Positions 32,640 to 45,600 of a stretch of 64,000 nt of DNA are shown here, one piece after another. This DNA is from Minutocellus sp. GHC0000111. Lineage: Eukaryota. The position numbers and the translations under genes are program-made. The notes beneath the pieces were generated by a model. The model ran no database searches. It saw only the letters and a list, made by a program, of their open reading frames with translations, and was not told where the DNA came from. Position 1 is the first letter of the stretch; every line of letters begins with the position of its first letter. Where the stretch lies: contig OZ361259.1 of NCBI GenBank assembly GCA_977018835.1, forward strand, positions 1,674,001 through 1,738,000, given 5' to 3'.

Positions 32640-34153
32640 TTGGCTGAACTGCTCGTCCGTCTTCGCAGAAAGGAACTTCATTGCTACAATTTCATCGGCA
32701 ACAACAACGACTCCTTGATGAATGTGTTGGGATGCAGTCCCATCATGTACGGCACCGTCATGCACACTGCGGGCATCTTGGGTTTGAAGAAGAAGAAACA
32801 CGAAGACTGCGCACGATGTGTTTTTTGTGAGAGGACAGACAACCAGAATGGATGGGATGAAATGGCATCAAGACACTGCCTTGCCGACGACGTTCAGCGA
32901 ACCCCATACAAAAAGAGCATATTTGTTCGCCTCGGTTCTGTCAATCCTCGTGCAGCCGACGCTCTCCATGATGATGGATGGATGGCTTTCGACATGTGGT
33001 CACGGTCGAGCAACAATTTCGCCTCGAAATGCCGCCGCCGCGGCTCAATTTGACGAAGGCATGTAATGCATTCCTCAAGTCGGTCGCACCACATGTGTCG
33101 GTGGGATATGCAGCGATGGACTACGAAATCAACAGGCAGATGTTGCTCGAGGCCCAGAAGTTCCCTGGTGGGCACAATGGCCAGGACGATGGGTGGGACA
33201 ATGACGACGATGTTGGGACGGTGGGCACCCTGACCACGACGGAGGCCGGCGAGATCAGTGAGGACGATGACGACGAAGACGAGGACTATGTGCCCTGTTA
33301 TGAGGACGAAGCTGACATTGCAAGAGAGGACGCTACACATGAAGCACACATGCAGCAGCACTTTGAGAAGAGTCGTCAGAAGCACGGTGATGGCGAGCCA
33401 GAGATGGGAGCTGTCGATGATGCCGAGGATGACGATGCCCCTCACTTCCATTTCCTGAAAAAGGCCGGCATTGAGGCGGCCGACTCAGGTAAAATAAGGG
33501 CAGTGCTGGCAGAATGCTGGAGAGCTTTATCTGTTAACATTTCTGATGGCAACAACAAGAAGAAACCAAGGACAATAGAGTTCATCCACCATAACACCTC
33601 CACCAAAGGAACTCTCCTAGAGCACAATCGCGAGGAAGATGGCATGACGGATGACGACATCAAAGAGCTCTGCAAAGCTTGCTCTAATTTGCTCCACACT
33701 CTTGACGCAATGTGTTCCAGGTTTCTGAAATGGTACATGAAATGGGATGACGAGGCAAAGAAGGCTGTGAGAGAGCTTGAAGCATTGATTGCAAGTGCCC
33801 TCAAGCAAGCACGGGCAATCGGTGTTAGCACAACGCCCAAGTGGCACTTGCTCGAAGATCACATCTTGGACCAACACATTTGGCTAGTGAAGAATGGATG
33901 GGGCGGCATCTATTGGCTCGACGAACAGTTTGTAGAGCGAGCCCACCAAGAGGGCGTTAAGGAAGATCGTCGGACTCAGGGCGTCAAGGGACATGAGGCC
34001 CAACAGACGGCGCAGTTCAAGGCTGAGGAGAGGGCATCCAATCCAAAGGTCGAGGAGAGGCGGGAGAGCGAAACTCTCGGGTGGCAAGAACAAGGAAAAG
34101 GACAAGGACCGAAGCTGTTAAAGCAGAAACTGATGACAAGCGCCAACAAATGA
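32640..34153 (+). mobile_element. Degenerate DDE DNA transposase remnant (Transib/Chapaev/RAG1-like C-terminal motif)
   Basis: TTPKWHLLEDH...GGIYWLDEQFVERAHQ resembles the TPKxHxxxxH...G..xEQxxExxH signature. The upstream frame is fragmented and no ends were defined. Confidence 0.6.
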
Positions 34154-35293
34154 TCATGATGGCCACCGATGGAGATGAGGATGTAGAGATGGGAGCAGGG
34201 CATGTGTAAAATTAGAAAATGAAATTACACTGCTGCTACACAACAAATGAATTGCATGATCCAACTTTTACAAACAGTGTCGCGATTGAGCAAAAAAGTA
34301 AATAGTGCACCCAAACAAACACATCACGTCCTTCTTAACTCACCCATTTATCTCCCAGACCAAAAAGTCCCTTTGTCGGGTTGATTGTTGCATAAACTTA
34401 TCCCAATACTATCTGTCTCTCCTCGGGCGCAAAATTATTGTCGGAATTCCGGGAGGTCGAGTGGGGATGCGATCGGTCGGGATCAGCGAGAGTCGGTCAT
34501 ACGGGGGATGCGGCGCAATCCCGGCAGTTTATCATCAACAACAACGTGGGAAAGTACCAGAGGGTCTGGGGCATCACAACGGGAGCACGACGAGCACAAA
34601 GACGGAGCAATGGTGCCACCCCAGAGAAACGAACGGCCGACAGATGGAGGAAAAGTAGGCCGATGGTTCGTGGCGTTGATACGCAGCGGAGGCCAATCTG
34701 AGGACACAGTAAGCTTCAACTATATCCAAACATGATAATGAATGCGTATTTGGCACGAAAATATAGTTATACGCCGGCGCAACGCCGACGGACCACCATG
34801 GTGTTGGACGGTCAAAGAATGGGTGACGAACGAGATTGGGTTTTGGTGGGTTTCTTCGTGACGTGTTCGTCTTCTGCCGAAAAACGCTTCATCCGACCGG
34901 CGAAACAAGGCTGTGGATCGATCGGTCCTTTGCCTCATTTTCCCCAGGAGCGGAAGACAAAGGAGTGAGTTAGGCACCTCTTTTGGTCATCCTCCCGCAC
35001 GCATATACATCGCGTTGCCAGATATTCACTCGGCAGTTGTCTATACAATTGTAGTATATACCAGCGGCGAGTGGTCCATCGTCGCATTTTTAACCGACCT
35101 GCCGGCCATTCTCACCGTAGCAGCAGTGGACAAGAACCGCGACCAACTATAACCGAGCAACTGGGAAAGGAAGACAAGGTCAGCCAGGGGGGTGTACGTG
35201 TGGTAGAAAACAAAAGGCATCGAGCGAGACCGAACTGCCTTGTCCTTGTCGCTTGGTTGGAGTTGGACTACAGCAGTCAAACGCAAAGAACCA

Positions 35294-35653
35294 ATGGCCC
35301 TCTCCCCGCAGACCTCCCGTGCCTTCAAGCTCCTCACCGTCGCCGCCACGACCGCCACCGGATTTCACTGCGTCTTCCGCACCGACTACGGCGATGAGGA
35401 GCACTGCTTCTCCGACCTGCAGCGGTGGTACAATGCCAAAATAGATGGGATGATGGGGATCGATACGAAGTACGTCGAGGCGGAGCGCATAGAGAGGTTG
35501 GAGAAGCAAAGGAAAAGGGAAGAAGAGTTGAGGCAACGGGTGCAGGGTGCGGCAAGGCGGTTGGGGGAGGAATTGGACGATCGGCCCGGAGGACGAGGTA
35601 GAAAGCACGGGGGGCAGAGTTTAACGGAAGAGGTGGTGGCAAAGGAGCGATGA
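35294..35653 (+). CDS. Small hypothetical protein with coiled-coil C-terminus
   Basis: ATG 35294, coding-like GC3, and an AT-rich 3' region after the stop. Confidence 0.6.
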   Translation: MALSPQTSRAFKLLTVAATTATGFHCVFRTDYGDEEHCFSDLQRWYNAKIDGMMGIDTKYVEAERIERLEKQRKREEELRQRVQGAARRLGEELDDRPGGRGRKHGGQSLTEEVVAKER

Positions 35654-35877
35654 TGATGGATAATGTGGGTGTGTAACGATAGATTGTAAAGGTATTTCTA
35701 GAGTACTTCTGCCCGGCACTAAAAACCAATTGTATTGTGAGTATTATACAAGTTCTAATTTAAAATGATCAATCTTGAGCGAAACAAGCTTTGCTTGTGT
35801 CCATACTCGTATATTCTCCATGTCGGCGACCCGAGCCTTTGCTTGAATTCTTTTGCTCAAAATACTTATATATGTCA

Positions 35878-37109
35878 TTACAATGAATCCACCTCGGCGG
35901 CAGGAGCAAGCTTGGAGAACGACGCCGAGTACGTACCGTTGGCCATCTCCAAAATCTCCACCGAGGAATCGTTGATGGGCATTACAATCCCACCCTCCTC
36001 CGCCAACTCTCTCCCATTGGCATTCCTATTCCTTTTGTTTCGATCGAGCAGCTCCTCGTCCTCCAGCAGCAACGGGACGGCCCGGGGGTCGCAGCTGGAA
36101 ATGAAAGCGCCGCGGCTGAACAGACACGTAAAGGCCGGGTTGCCCGTGGCCGCCAGCTTCTTCATCAAAATTGTGCCGCAGTTGTTGTCGACGGGGACGA
36201 CGGGTTCAATGATGTTGCTGTTCGAGACCGACGTTTGTTGTTGGAGGAACCGTCCGTCCTTGTTCTTGACGCGCTTCCTCCGTCCGCGCATCTGTGGTTT
36301 GAGGTATTGGCATGTAGAAAGGTTGAGTTTGGGCCAAGATGTGTGAGTCAGAGTAGGAATGCCCAAGATATATATCGACATTGAGCAAGAGCAGCGCAGA
36401 AAACTGGCGAGTTTGATCAAAGCAAAGAAAAGCAAAGCAAAATAACACATCATGCAAGTGAAGAACATACCACGGCCTTCTTAATTCTGCGCTTCTTGGT
36501 CTTTCGACGACGCTGGAGCTGCCGGTCGCCATGGTCGCCGCCGACGGCAATGCTGGCGTCAATTTCCATTTCTGCAACCTCATCGATCTCAGTTTGATCC
36601 TCCTCCTCCTCGAGCCGCACCAGGTCTCGACCACCACCATTCCTCATCGAGCTGAGGCCTTGTACGGCCGCCCCACCATCGCCAAAGTCCAAATCCAGCA
36701 CCCCAATCTTTTGCAGCTCGTCCTCGGTAATTTCCACCTCGTCGATGTAGATGCACGGATCCGTGCACTCGTTCAGCGTCTCCTGCAATATGTCGAGGAA
36801 GATCGCCCCGTCCCTCGGCTCGAAGGGTTCCTCGGCACCGGGACCGTACAAGGTAATAAAGGCCGCCTCGGTGAAGGGGTTGGGATATCCGTCGCAAAGT
36901 TCCAGAAAGGCGGCGGGGCCGTTGCTATTGGAGTAGGCGTCGGCCTTGATGGCGTCGACGGCGGCGTTCTGGCGCTTGTATTCCGAGTAGGTCATGATTC
37001 CGTCGTTGGTCTCGTCGGTGGCGTAACTTGAGGCCTTTGCTGCCGAGTTTGCCGCGGAACAAAGGACGAAGAGGGCCGAGGAACACCGTCGCCTCCTTCT
37101 GCCGATCAT
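35878..37109 (-). CDS. Secreted hypothetical protein; exons 37109-36471 and 36291-35878
   Basis: Signal-peptide-like N-terminus. Phase-0 GT-AG intron 36470-36292 joins KKAV/MRGR. Several RxL motifs (RDL, RQL, RFL, REL). Confidence 0.7.
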
Positions 37110-37486
37110 GATGGGATTCCAATAGGACTGTTGGAACGAGCGCAAGGTCTCAAAATGTAGGATAATAGCAACAGAGGAGAAGTTCTGGGATGAAGATTGC
37201 ACTTTACTTGTGATTTATTGCATGCATTGCATGAACGCGTCGGATAAGTTTGTCATCTAATCGTGAGATGGGGCCATTGTGCTGTTGCGATGTTCGTGAC
37301 AAAGCTTTCCGTCGAGCGTCATGCGTCAGGGAAAAGGGCATAAGTACTGTATTTGATGTTAATTGTTTGCCCCTCAAAAACACCGAGCTCAAGAACGCAG
37401 GACCGGCATGACAACCCAACGAGTTCACAAAGGACAAATCAAATCGTCTCAGCTCTGCATAAATTTAGCAATACCAACAGCACATT

Positions 37487-37918
37487 ATGTACCCCAAGAA
37501 CGTGCTCGGCTCAGTTGCCCTGCTCATATCGTCCGCTGGCACGGTCGATGGGGCTGCGGCTACTTTGCTCCCGAGCGATGCCATAAAGCAAGAACAGCAA
37601 TTGCCGTCATCATCTCAATTTCACGATCAGAACCATCATGTCCCTCAGGTAGCCAACCATCCTCGTCTCCTCCGATCAACCCGTCGGACCAGCGGCATTG
37701 GCGATGGGGAGGCTCCAGCACAACCGGCACAAGATGATGATGATTTGCAAACCAACTTGGCGGCTGCAGTGCTCCTCAAAAAGCGGCCGGCGTGGCAGAG
37801 GGACCGCACGCTCTACGAATACGACGGCAAGCTCAAATGGGGTTGTCATCATAGGACTTGTGAATGTCATCTTCACATGTTGCGAAGTTCTTCCCGTATT
37901 CCAGGAGTTTCTTGGTGA
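37487..37918 (+). pseudogene. Truncated secreted protein (signal peptide, RLL motif)
   Basis: Coding-like only to about 37835, after which it reads the antisense strand of the convergent ORF. Confidence 0.4.
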
Positions 37919-38114
37919 AGATGCCCTTCTTGCGCCCACTCTTGCGCTTACTCTTGCTGCTTCCACCGGTTTTGCTCGTGCCAAGATTTCTAACCTCGTC
38001 GTTGATTCCTTCCGGAGTGTACTCCTCAGCCTCGCCAACACGAACCTTGTTGGTCTTGAGGGCGTCGGCAGGGGAGGCAAGGGAAGCGAGGAAAAAGGCG
38101 GCGGCGAGCTTCAT
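37833..38114 (-). CDS. Short (possibly truncated) secreted protein with RNL motif and K/S-rich segment
   Basis: Signal peptide MKLAAAFFLASLASPADA, followed by RNL-GTSKTGGSSKSKRKSG. Confidence 0.55.
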   Translation of the reverse strand: MKLAAAFFLASLASPADALKTNKVRVGEAEEYTPEGINDEVRNLGTSKTGGSSKSKRKSGRKKGIFTKKLLEYGKNFATCEDDIHKSYDDNPI

Positions 38115-38888
38115 GTTTCTTTATCTATTCAAGGCATGGAAGAAGAACATCCAAAGAAAGGGAAGGCATTAGTATTGTTCCATTGATAGATGGCAGCAAG
38201 TTGCCATCATATCTATAAACAGCACAACGAGTTTGTGCTTCGAGCAGTTCAAATAAAAAGCAGTGATTCAAATATCATACTGCGGAGAAAAAGAGAATGC
38301 TGAGGGGTGTGGGAGAGATTAATGCACCAACAACCAGCTACCAACAATCGATGCATGCTGGAATTTTCCATTCGGTGCATTGCAGCGGGTGATTCCGTAC
38401 GACCTACCTTCAGATAACAATCAAAATCATTGAAAAATGCCGATCAGGTTCCGATATCCACCTTGGTATCATGAGGAGAGCAACAAAACAAGTGGAAACG
38501 AGCAGCTGCAACGGTGAAAGAAAGTTGTGAAGCAAAATTTGGTGGCATCATCAATTGCAAAGGAGTAGGTTTCACAATTCCGAGCAGAAAGTCCGCGAAA
38601 AGTAACAACAAACAAATAAATGATGAAATGCAACGGCAAAGCTGCTGCTGGAGGATCGGTGGATGGACCGGTACATGTACCGGTAGATCTAGATGGTAGA
38701 TGATCTGCACGTGACTACATGTAGCGCTTCACTACCGGTATGTAGCTAGTCATCCCTTCTTGGCATAATTCAAACGATAGCTGATAGCGCAGTCGCGTGC
38801 AGGTAGATCTAGATCTAGTAGCTTTTTTTAACATTAATGACATACAACCAAATAATTTACACGTACGGTACCGTACTCAAAAGCAAAC

Positions 38889-40539
38889 TCACGATACAAC
38901 ACCCTTTGAGCTCTGGACAAGGGGTTCCTCAGCCCCTGATCTTTGCTTCTTTTCTGCTCTCCTTGCACATGCATAGACCATGAATCCAACAACAAGTGCG
39001 GCAAGGGACGATCCGAACCAAATAAGCGACTTTACGCTGAGTCCAAGTGAATCCTTGCTGTAATTGTAGGCTGATGCGAACCTTCCAAATCTTCCGAAGC
39101 CACCCGAGCCCAAAACAGTACCAAGCAATTCAATCTCGACGATAGTTCCTTGCTCTGACGCCAAGGCGACATCACGAAAGTTGGCAGTCAGCATTTGGGT
39201 CTTCGTTCGAAACTTCATGCACTGGTTGACGCTGGTATAATCTGCATCGTCGTAGCACGCAAACTTGGTTCCATCGTCGGTCTCCTGATGATCATCTTGG
39301 TTGTAATTGTTGCTTCCGTCATTGCTCAAATCGTATGCCTTGCAAGGCTGGCACTTTTTGAATACGTCGAATGCATTGTTCCAAGACTCGAGATTCTGTG
39401 CCAGAGTGGCGGTGGTACCGTATCCATCTTCGCCCTCTGCGTCTCCAATGTATGTTTCAATCACCGTGACCGGGTCGCTAGATCCAGTGTACTCCTTGAC
39501 GCAGGATTGGTCGGTGTAAAGGCCAAACGTTAGACGCCCTTCCGGTAAGGGTTTCATGTCGTAGTATAGGTAGTTTCCAGCATCGTCGGTCTGGTCGGTC
39601 TGTGTGCAACCGCACGGCCATGCGTCGCGGTTGTATTGCATGAATTCGTATTCCTCTTCAGTCCAGACGCAAACACCTTCATGCTTGAACAGTTGTTCCA
39701 TCCAAGAGTGGTAGTTGGGTTCTTTGAAGAGACCAAGGAGCTTGAAGTTGGTGTCGCTGAGATGGCAATCGAACTTGGCACATCGGCCAGACTCGGCGAC
39801 GCAGGAGTCGGTATTCCAGCTGCCGGTGTGACGGTTGAAGAATTGATATTCGCCAATGCCTTCTCCGTTGTAGTCCAAATCGACGTACTGCAAAAGGGTG
39901 GGCAAATAAGAGCGTTAGGTAAGAAGATTTGAATCGACAAAAGAATGTTCAAAGAATGATAATGTGGAATGATCTCCTGCTACCCACAAAATACACAAGT
40001 GTACTCACCGCAGCCCAAAGAAGATACCGAACACAATTCCTCACAACATTCCCATCCTTGTCGTACTGGACCTCTTGGCCACCCTCCTGATCACCGCCGC
40101 CGTCCTCATCATATCCCCAGCAATCGCTCTGCGTCTCGTACGGGCTGTCACAATCGATGTAAAATCCCAAAAGTCGCCAGGCCTGGGCATATTCATCATA
40201 GTACGTCTCCCCACCGTCGATAAACTGCTTGGAATACTCGTCCCGACCGGCACCGTCGAGCAAAAACCGATCACGAACCGCTCGCAAACGCCGGGCCGTG
40301 GCGGGATCTTCGTCGGCAAAGTCGTTCGGCTGGTATTCCAGACGGGACCCGCTGGCGTCGGTGATGGACATCCAGTCTTGTCCGGTGGTGGGGAGGTTGT
40401 CCTTGTCGAGGAGTCCTTGGATGGTGGGCATGGATTGCTCGGTGGATGGAGTAGTTGCGTGGGATGACGATGATGTGCTGGCTCCGGCAGCAGCAACCAT
40501 GCCGGCGGTGGCGGCGATGCTAGCAAGAGTCGGCTTCAT
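38889..40539 (-). CDS. Type I membrane Cys/acidic-rich protein with RxL/RFL motifs (silicanin-like architecture); intron 40008-39888
   Basis: Signal peptide, RRL and RFL motifs, Cys-patterned luminal domain and C-terminal TM. The intron joins LWAA/YVD. Confidence 0.8.
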
Positions 40540-41026
40540 TGTGTTTGCGTTCTTCGTCGTCCTGACTCCGTATGGGCGGGCTACTATTGATTTCTTAGAA
40601 ATTTTTTATCACGTGCGATTGCCGTACTGTAGCTACGTGACAACAATTGTAGCATGTATCAAAGCAACTGAAGGAAGGGTAAATAACAATACCAACCCAA
40701 AATGCTCAGCAGGATGAAAGCCCTTCCAAGAATTCAACGCATTGCCATCTAATCATCAGTTGTTTCCCGTTGGCTTTGCATGCGCATTCCGTTCTTCTTC
40801 CGCCCATAAGTGAAAGTTCCATCGACTTCCAACCCAACGCTCTCTTCTTGTTTGCATTTGTTTTGCGGGCCGATGGCGCAAAAATTTGGCGCCACGACGA
40901 AGGCCTCAAAGTAGCCCCCCAACCTGCCTACCGCAGAAGCTCTTCACATGACTGACGCCCACCCAGACAGCATATCTCTTACTTTGGTGTATCTTTTCTG
41001 AAATTCAAAGAAGCACATAACACATC

Positions 41027-41545
41027 ATGAGGCTCGGCTGCTCCGCGGCCCTCTTGCTATGGGCGGCCACAATCGCGTCCGTCGTCGAGGCAGTATCCCG
41101 AGACAATTCGTACTACCGACCCGGATTCGTCAACCCGAACCTCGAGAAGCATCCGCTATACCATAAGAATGCCAAGAACGTTCTCGAGAACTTGTCGAGA
41201 TTCAAGGCTCTCTATGTCAAGTACGAGAATTGTGCCTGGGCCTACTATGGCAACCCATACGCGAACCGGTACAACGACGAGGAGAACTATGGCTGGGACG
41301 AAGACGGCGGCGGTGACGATACCACCATGGGCGTGGAGGCGTTTGCCGCGCCGCTGGGTGTGGATACCACCTATGGGAATGCCTATTGCACCATGATCCC
41401 ACCCGAGGATGGCAATGTGATCATCAACGACGACGACGATGACTACTATCATGACTACAAGTACAACTTCCAAGCCTTTACCAGCTACGGTACCGGATGC
41501 TCTCGGGGCAAATTTGTCACCGATGCGTATCATTGCATTGATTGA
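41027..41545 (+). pseudogene. Short secreted Cys/acidic protein, apparently a truncated relative of the same broad family
   Basis: Signal peptide, LYVKYENCAW and D/Y-rich tracts. Ends without a TM segment, next to the convergent ORF. Confidence 0.45.
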
Positions 41546-41565
41546 CTGAAAACAGCCAACACATA

Positions 41566-42369
41566 TTACATGTACTCATTACCCTTTAATTTTACGCAAC
41601 ATAGCAGCGTTTTGCCGTCGGGTTTTCCAGAATGAATCATGTAGCCGTTCTCGTCAAAGGCGCTATAAATATTGAGCCAGAGATCGTCCTCAAGCTCGAA
41701 GAGAAAGTCGGTTTGAACAGGAATGTTGCAAGATGTTCCTTCCCCACCTACCCAAACGGCTTTGATCGTTTTGCCGATTGCCTGGGACAAGTCAACTTCT
41801 TCAGTTGGGCCCCACCGTTCTTTCTCATATTCCTCTTCATCAAGGTCATTCGACAAGACCAAGTCGTCAAAATTCCACCATTATACCGAGACGAGCTTGT
41901 CTCCGCAAACAATTAGAGCTGGACTGGGCGTCTCCCACCAACCATATATGTCGAAGGCATCGACGAAGGGTTCATCGTTGCGCCGCCGCATAACGTTCAC
42001 GGCGTCAATCTCCCTTCCAACGAGGCAAGCACAGGTGTCCTGGATGTCTTGTACTTTCCGGTACAACTTTTTCGTCACCCACAACTCTCCCCAATCCATG
42101 TTGTTCTTTCGCTCCGATTCCGGTGGCAGCTCGGGCAGTTCCGGGATCTGGAGGAATTCCAACTCCAATGCCTCTTGTCGGCCATCATCTCCCGGGCCAT
42201 CCCCTGGAACCGCCGCGTGGAAGGTTGCCGTCGTTTTGGCTCTCGATGTCGGCAACCCGAGATGATAGCCGGGATGAAAACACTCTGCCCTTTCGACCGA
42301 GCTTGCTGCCAGGAGGGCAAGTTTGGTTGGAAAAGAAGGCGAAATATATCTCGAAAACCAAATGCACAA
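41566..42369 (-). pseudogene. Hypothetical protein split into two frames near 41865-41885
   Basis: Adjacent same-strand ORFs 41881-42369 and 41566-41862 with globular-like composition and no room for an intron. Confidence 0.4.
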
Positions 42370-42679
42370 ACAATGGCCGAAACTGCTTTATCCTTTGCCC
42401 CGTGGAGCGGCCTCTTCTGTAGCCACTAATCACGCCGGGAAAAGTGGAACGCTGGATGCGAGCATGGGCATCGTGCGTGACAGCTACAGCCACAGGACGG
42501 AGCGAACCCCGGCAGCCTCCTGGCTGGGTTCGCTCAATCGCATACCCCACTTATCAGGTCGCGCCCCATTTTTCTTCACCGACGTCATTTCGAACCGTCT
42601 ACCCAATTCTGGTCCCGCCTCCTCCACGCCATGAGTGGGCGGCCACCGCACAAAATCTCACCAAGCAACAGGCCAAGCC

Positions 42680-45600
42680 ATGTCGTCGACCCCGACGACG
42701 CCCAAGCGGCCCCGCTCCCCCACCGGCAGCAACCATGGCGACGAGGAGGTGCCGTCGTCGGCCATCGGATACTTTCTGTCGAGCGTCAAGAAGAGCGTGA
42801 CGAAGCGGATGCGGATCGGGTACGACTACCTCGGCGGGGGCACTACCAACGGACAGACGGAGGGGGATAACAATGGTAGTGATGGTGGCGCTGCTGCCTC
42901 TGCCTCTGGAGTTGCCGGCGGGGCCACCCCGCACGCCCACCGTGCAGCCTTGCCGCGGAAGGAGTTCGGTGCCTCGCCCGTGCTGGGCTCAACGCCCGCT
43001 CCAGCGGCTGGACCGGGCGGTTTTGGTTCGCCGCCCTTTGCCAGCCCGCCGGGGGTGGCTCCGTTTGCCTCTGGTGTGAGCGGCCAGAAGCCAAGGTCCA
43101 GCGGAAGTGGCAGTGGAAGCAAGGTGACCCGATTCGCCGACGGGAAGAAGACTACCGGAGCGGGTGGTTCGGAGGGTAAGTTTTGTAGGCAGGGTTGGTG
43201 TATTTGGTTTCGGTGTCCATTGTAATTTTGGCATAGCAGCGTGTGCATATATTGCATTGATGCGATGGACCGGCAACAACCTGACCCTGATAGGCGGAGA
43301 GAGGGAGAGGGATGGACCGGCCGGCCGGGCGTGCGCAAGGCGTGTTGGATGACTTGTGGGGGGGGGGAACGGCTATAACACTGGTTCTAGCTAGACCAAC
43401 GTCGTAGGCGCTGAAGGTGGAAAAAGAGGGTTGTTCATTCTGAAAGTTTCCCGTGGTGGCAGGGATGGATGGATTGTGCCTCAGGAAGGAAATGCGCTGG
43501 GGGGATGGACGAGGCCAATGGACACAAGTCCTTTGGTTGCCTTCTGTTGAGGATATATTTCTGAAACAGGCGAAAATGCTGCTGTTGGTCCGATGTGGAA
43601 ACTGGGGATCCGAGGTCTTTTGGTTCATTATGTTCATTATACTCACTCACTCACTCACTCACTTATTCACTCACGCACTCAACCTCGCATCTACTTCCCT
43701 TTGCATTAAACATTGCAACTTCCAAAGCAGCCACCTCTAAATCCTCCGGCTTCCAGGCCCGATCGACTCCCCATCCGTCCAAGAAGAAGACTCTGGCCAC
43801 CGTATCCTCCAAGGGACTGGCCCACAAGCGTACGCCCCGCTCGTCCGCCAAATCACCCTACCGATCGGTGACCAAGGCCAACCGATCGGCCTCCAGGCGA
43901 TACAACAGCTACCGTCCCAGTTCGGCCACGCTGTCCATCTCGGCCCGCAAGGCACGGCAGCACGGCCAAGGTGGTGGAGGGCAAAACGGAGACGTCGCCA
44001 AGGATACCGCCGATGCCGTCCGCGATCTGCTCCAGTCCATTGCCTCGCCTCCCGCAGGTGGAGTGGCGAGAGAAGAGGAGAAGAAGGACGGGAACGAAAT
44101 GTTTGGCTTTCAGGGTGCCAAAAAGACCCTGACGGTCAACAAGGTCAATCGCATCTATGGGCCTACTCATGGAAGTCGGATTGTCCCTTATGGGACCACC
44201 GGTGCCGGCATCGGTGGCAGCATGGCCCCTCCTCCGCCTCGAACTCCTGCCGCCGCAGCTGGTGGTGCTGCTGGTGCTTCCAAGTCCATCCTCCACGCCG
44301 GTCCTGGCCACGCCCACAGTGGCGCGCATCACGTTCAGTTCACCACCCCGGCACCCTCCACCAGTGCCCATCATCATCTCCCCTCGCACAAGACCCCGTA
44401 TCCCGGCCGCGGTACTGATATTGTAGCACCCACCAGTCCCGCCGCCGCCCACGGCGCGGACAAGCGGACCGGTGCCGTCCCCGACGGACACGTCCACTTT
44501 CAGTTCAACTCGCAGCAAACGACCGAGCTGAGCGTTGGCAAGCACGACCTCAAGGGCAAGTCGGAGCGGTTGCCCCACGATGCGTACCCCGGCCGTGGGG
44601 AGGATGGTGCCGTCAAAAAGATTCTTCCCGCACACAGCCAGCCGCTGCAAACTCCCAAGACCAAGGGTACCGATGGTGGCAGTGGTAGTGGTAGCGGTGG
44701 TGCCGTCCGGTATGTCGGCCCGCCCAACACCCCGCGCGATCCCAAGACCGGTGAGGTCCAGTCGACTTCCTCGGGTACCAAGTACGGGTACAGCTTCACC
44801 CCGTCCAAGCCCGTGCAGGCCGATGAGATTACCGACGCGGTATTGGCCGAGGTGGCCATTGAGCGGAGCGGTGTCGATGCCGCCGCGCCCAGTGCGGCCG
44901 GCACCAAGAAGGTGGATTGGGATTTCGACGGCGATATGCTCAGCCCCAGCCAGTATCGCAAGAAGCACAAGATGGGCAAGGTGGAGAAGAAGGCCAAGAA
45001 GGTGGTCAAGGGCACTCCTCATCCCAAAAAGGCGGGCGGTGGTCATGGTAAGAGTGGCGGTTTGCCGTACGCCTCCCCCGCCGCTTCGGCCCCATCTGGT
45101 TGTTCCGGTGGCAGTACCCTCGACAAGGCCCGAAGGACCGCGGCGGCACAGCAGAAGGCCACTGCCGCTCCTGCCCCGGCCACTCCTGCTCCAGGTCCAC
45201 CCCCGTCCTCTGGAGGAGATGTGTCCAAGAAGTACACCGGCTCATGGGGCAACCTGTTCTCTCTCAAGCCAGGACAGTGGCGCTGCGATGCATGCCGTAC
45301 CATGAACGAGGCCTCGGACAAAACCAAATGCCGATCATGTGAGATGGCCAAGCCCGGTGCCGAGGGTGGTGACGACGGTGGTGATGACGGCAAATCTTCC
45401 GCTGCCGCACCTGCCCCGGCAGCAACAATTGGTGCCGGAGGATTCGCGTTCGGTGCGCCCGCCCCAGTTCCTGCTCTTGATACCCCCGCCGCGGCACCTG
45501 CTCCCGGTGCAATCGGTACCGGCGGATTCTCGTTTGGTGCCCCGGCTCCGGCACCGGCCGCTAAGGAATCCGATGCTGCTCCAGCTCCAGCGCCTGCAGG

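Noticed and set aside
32400..34900. Terminal inverted repeats for the transposase relic
   Set aside because: No convincing inverted pair or TSD was found by eye.
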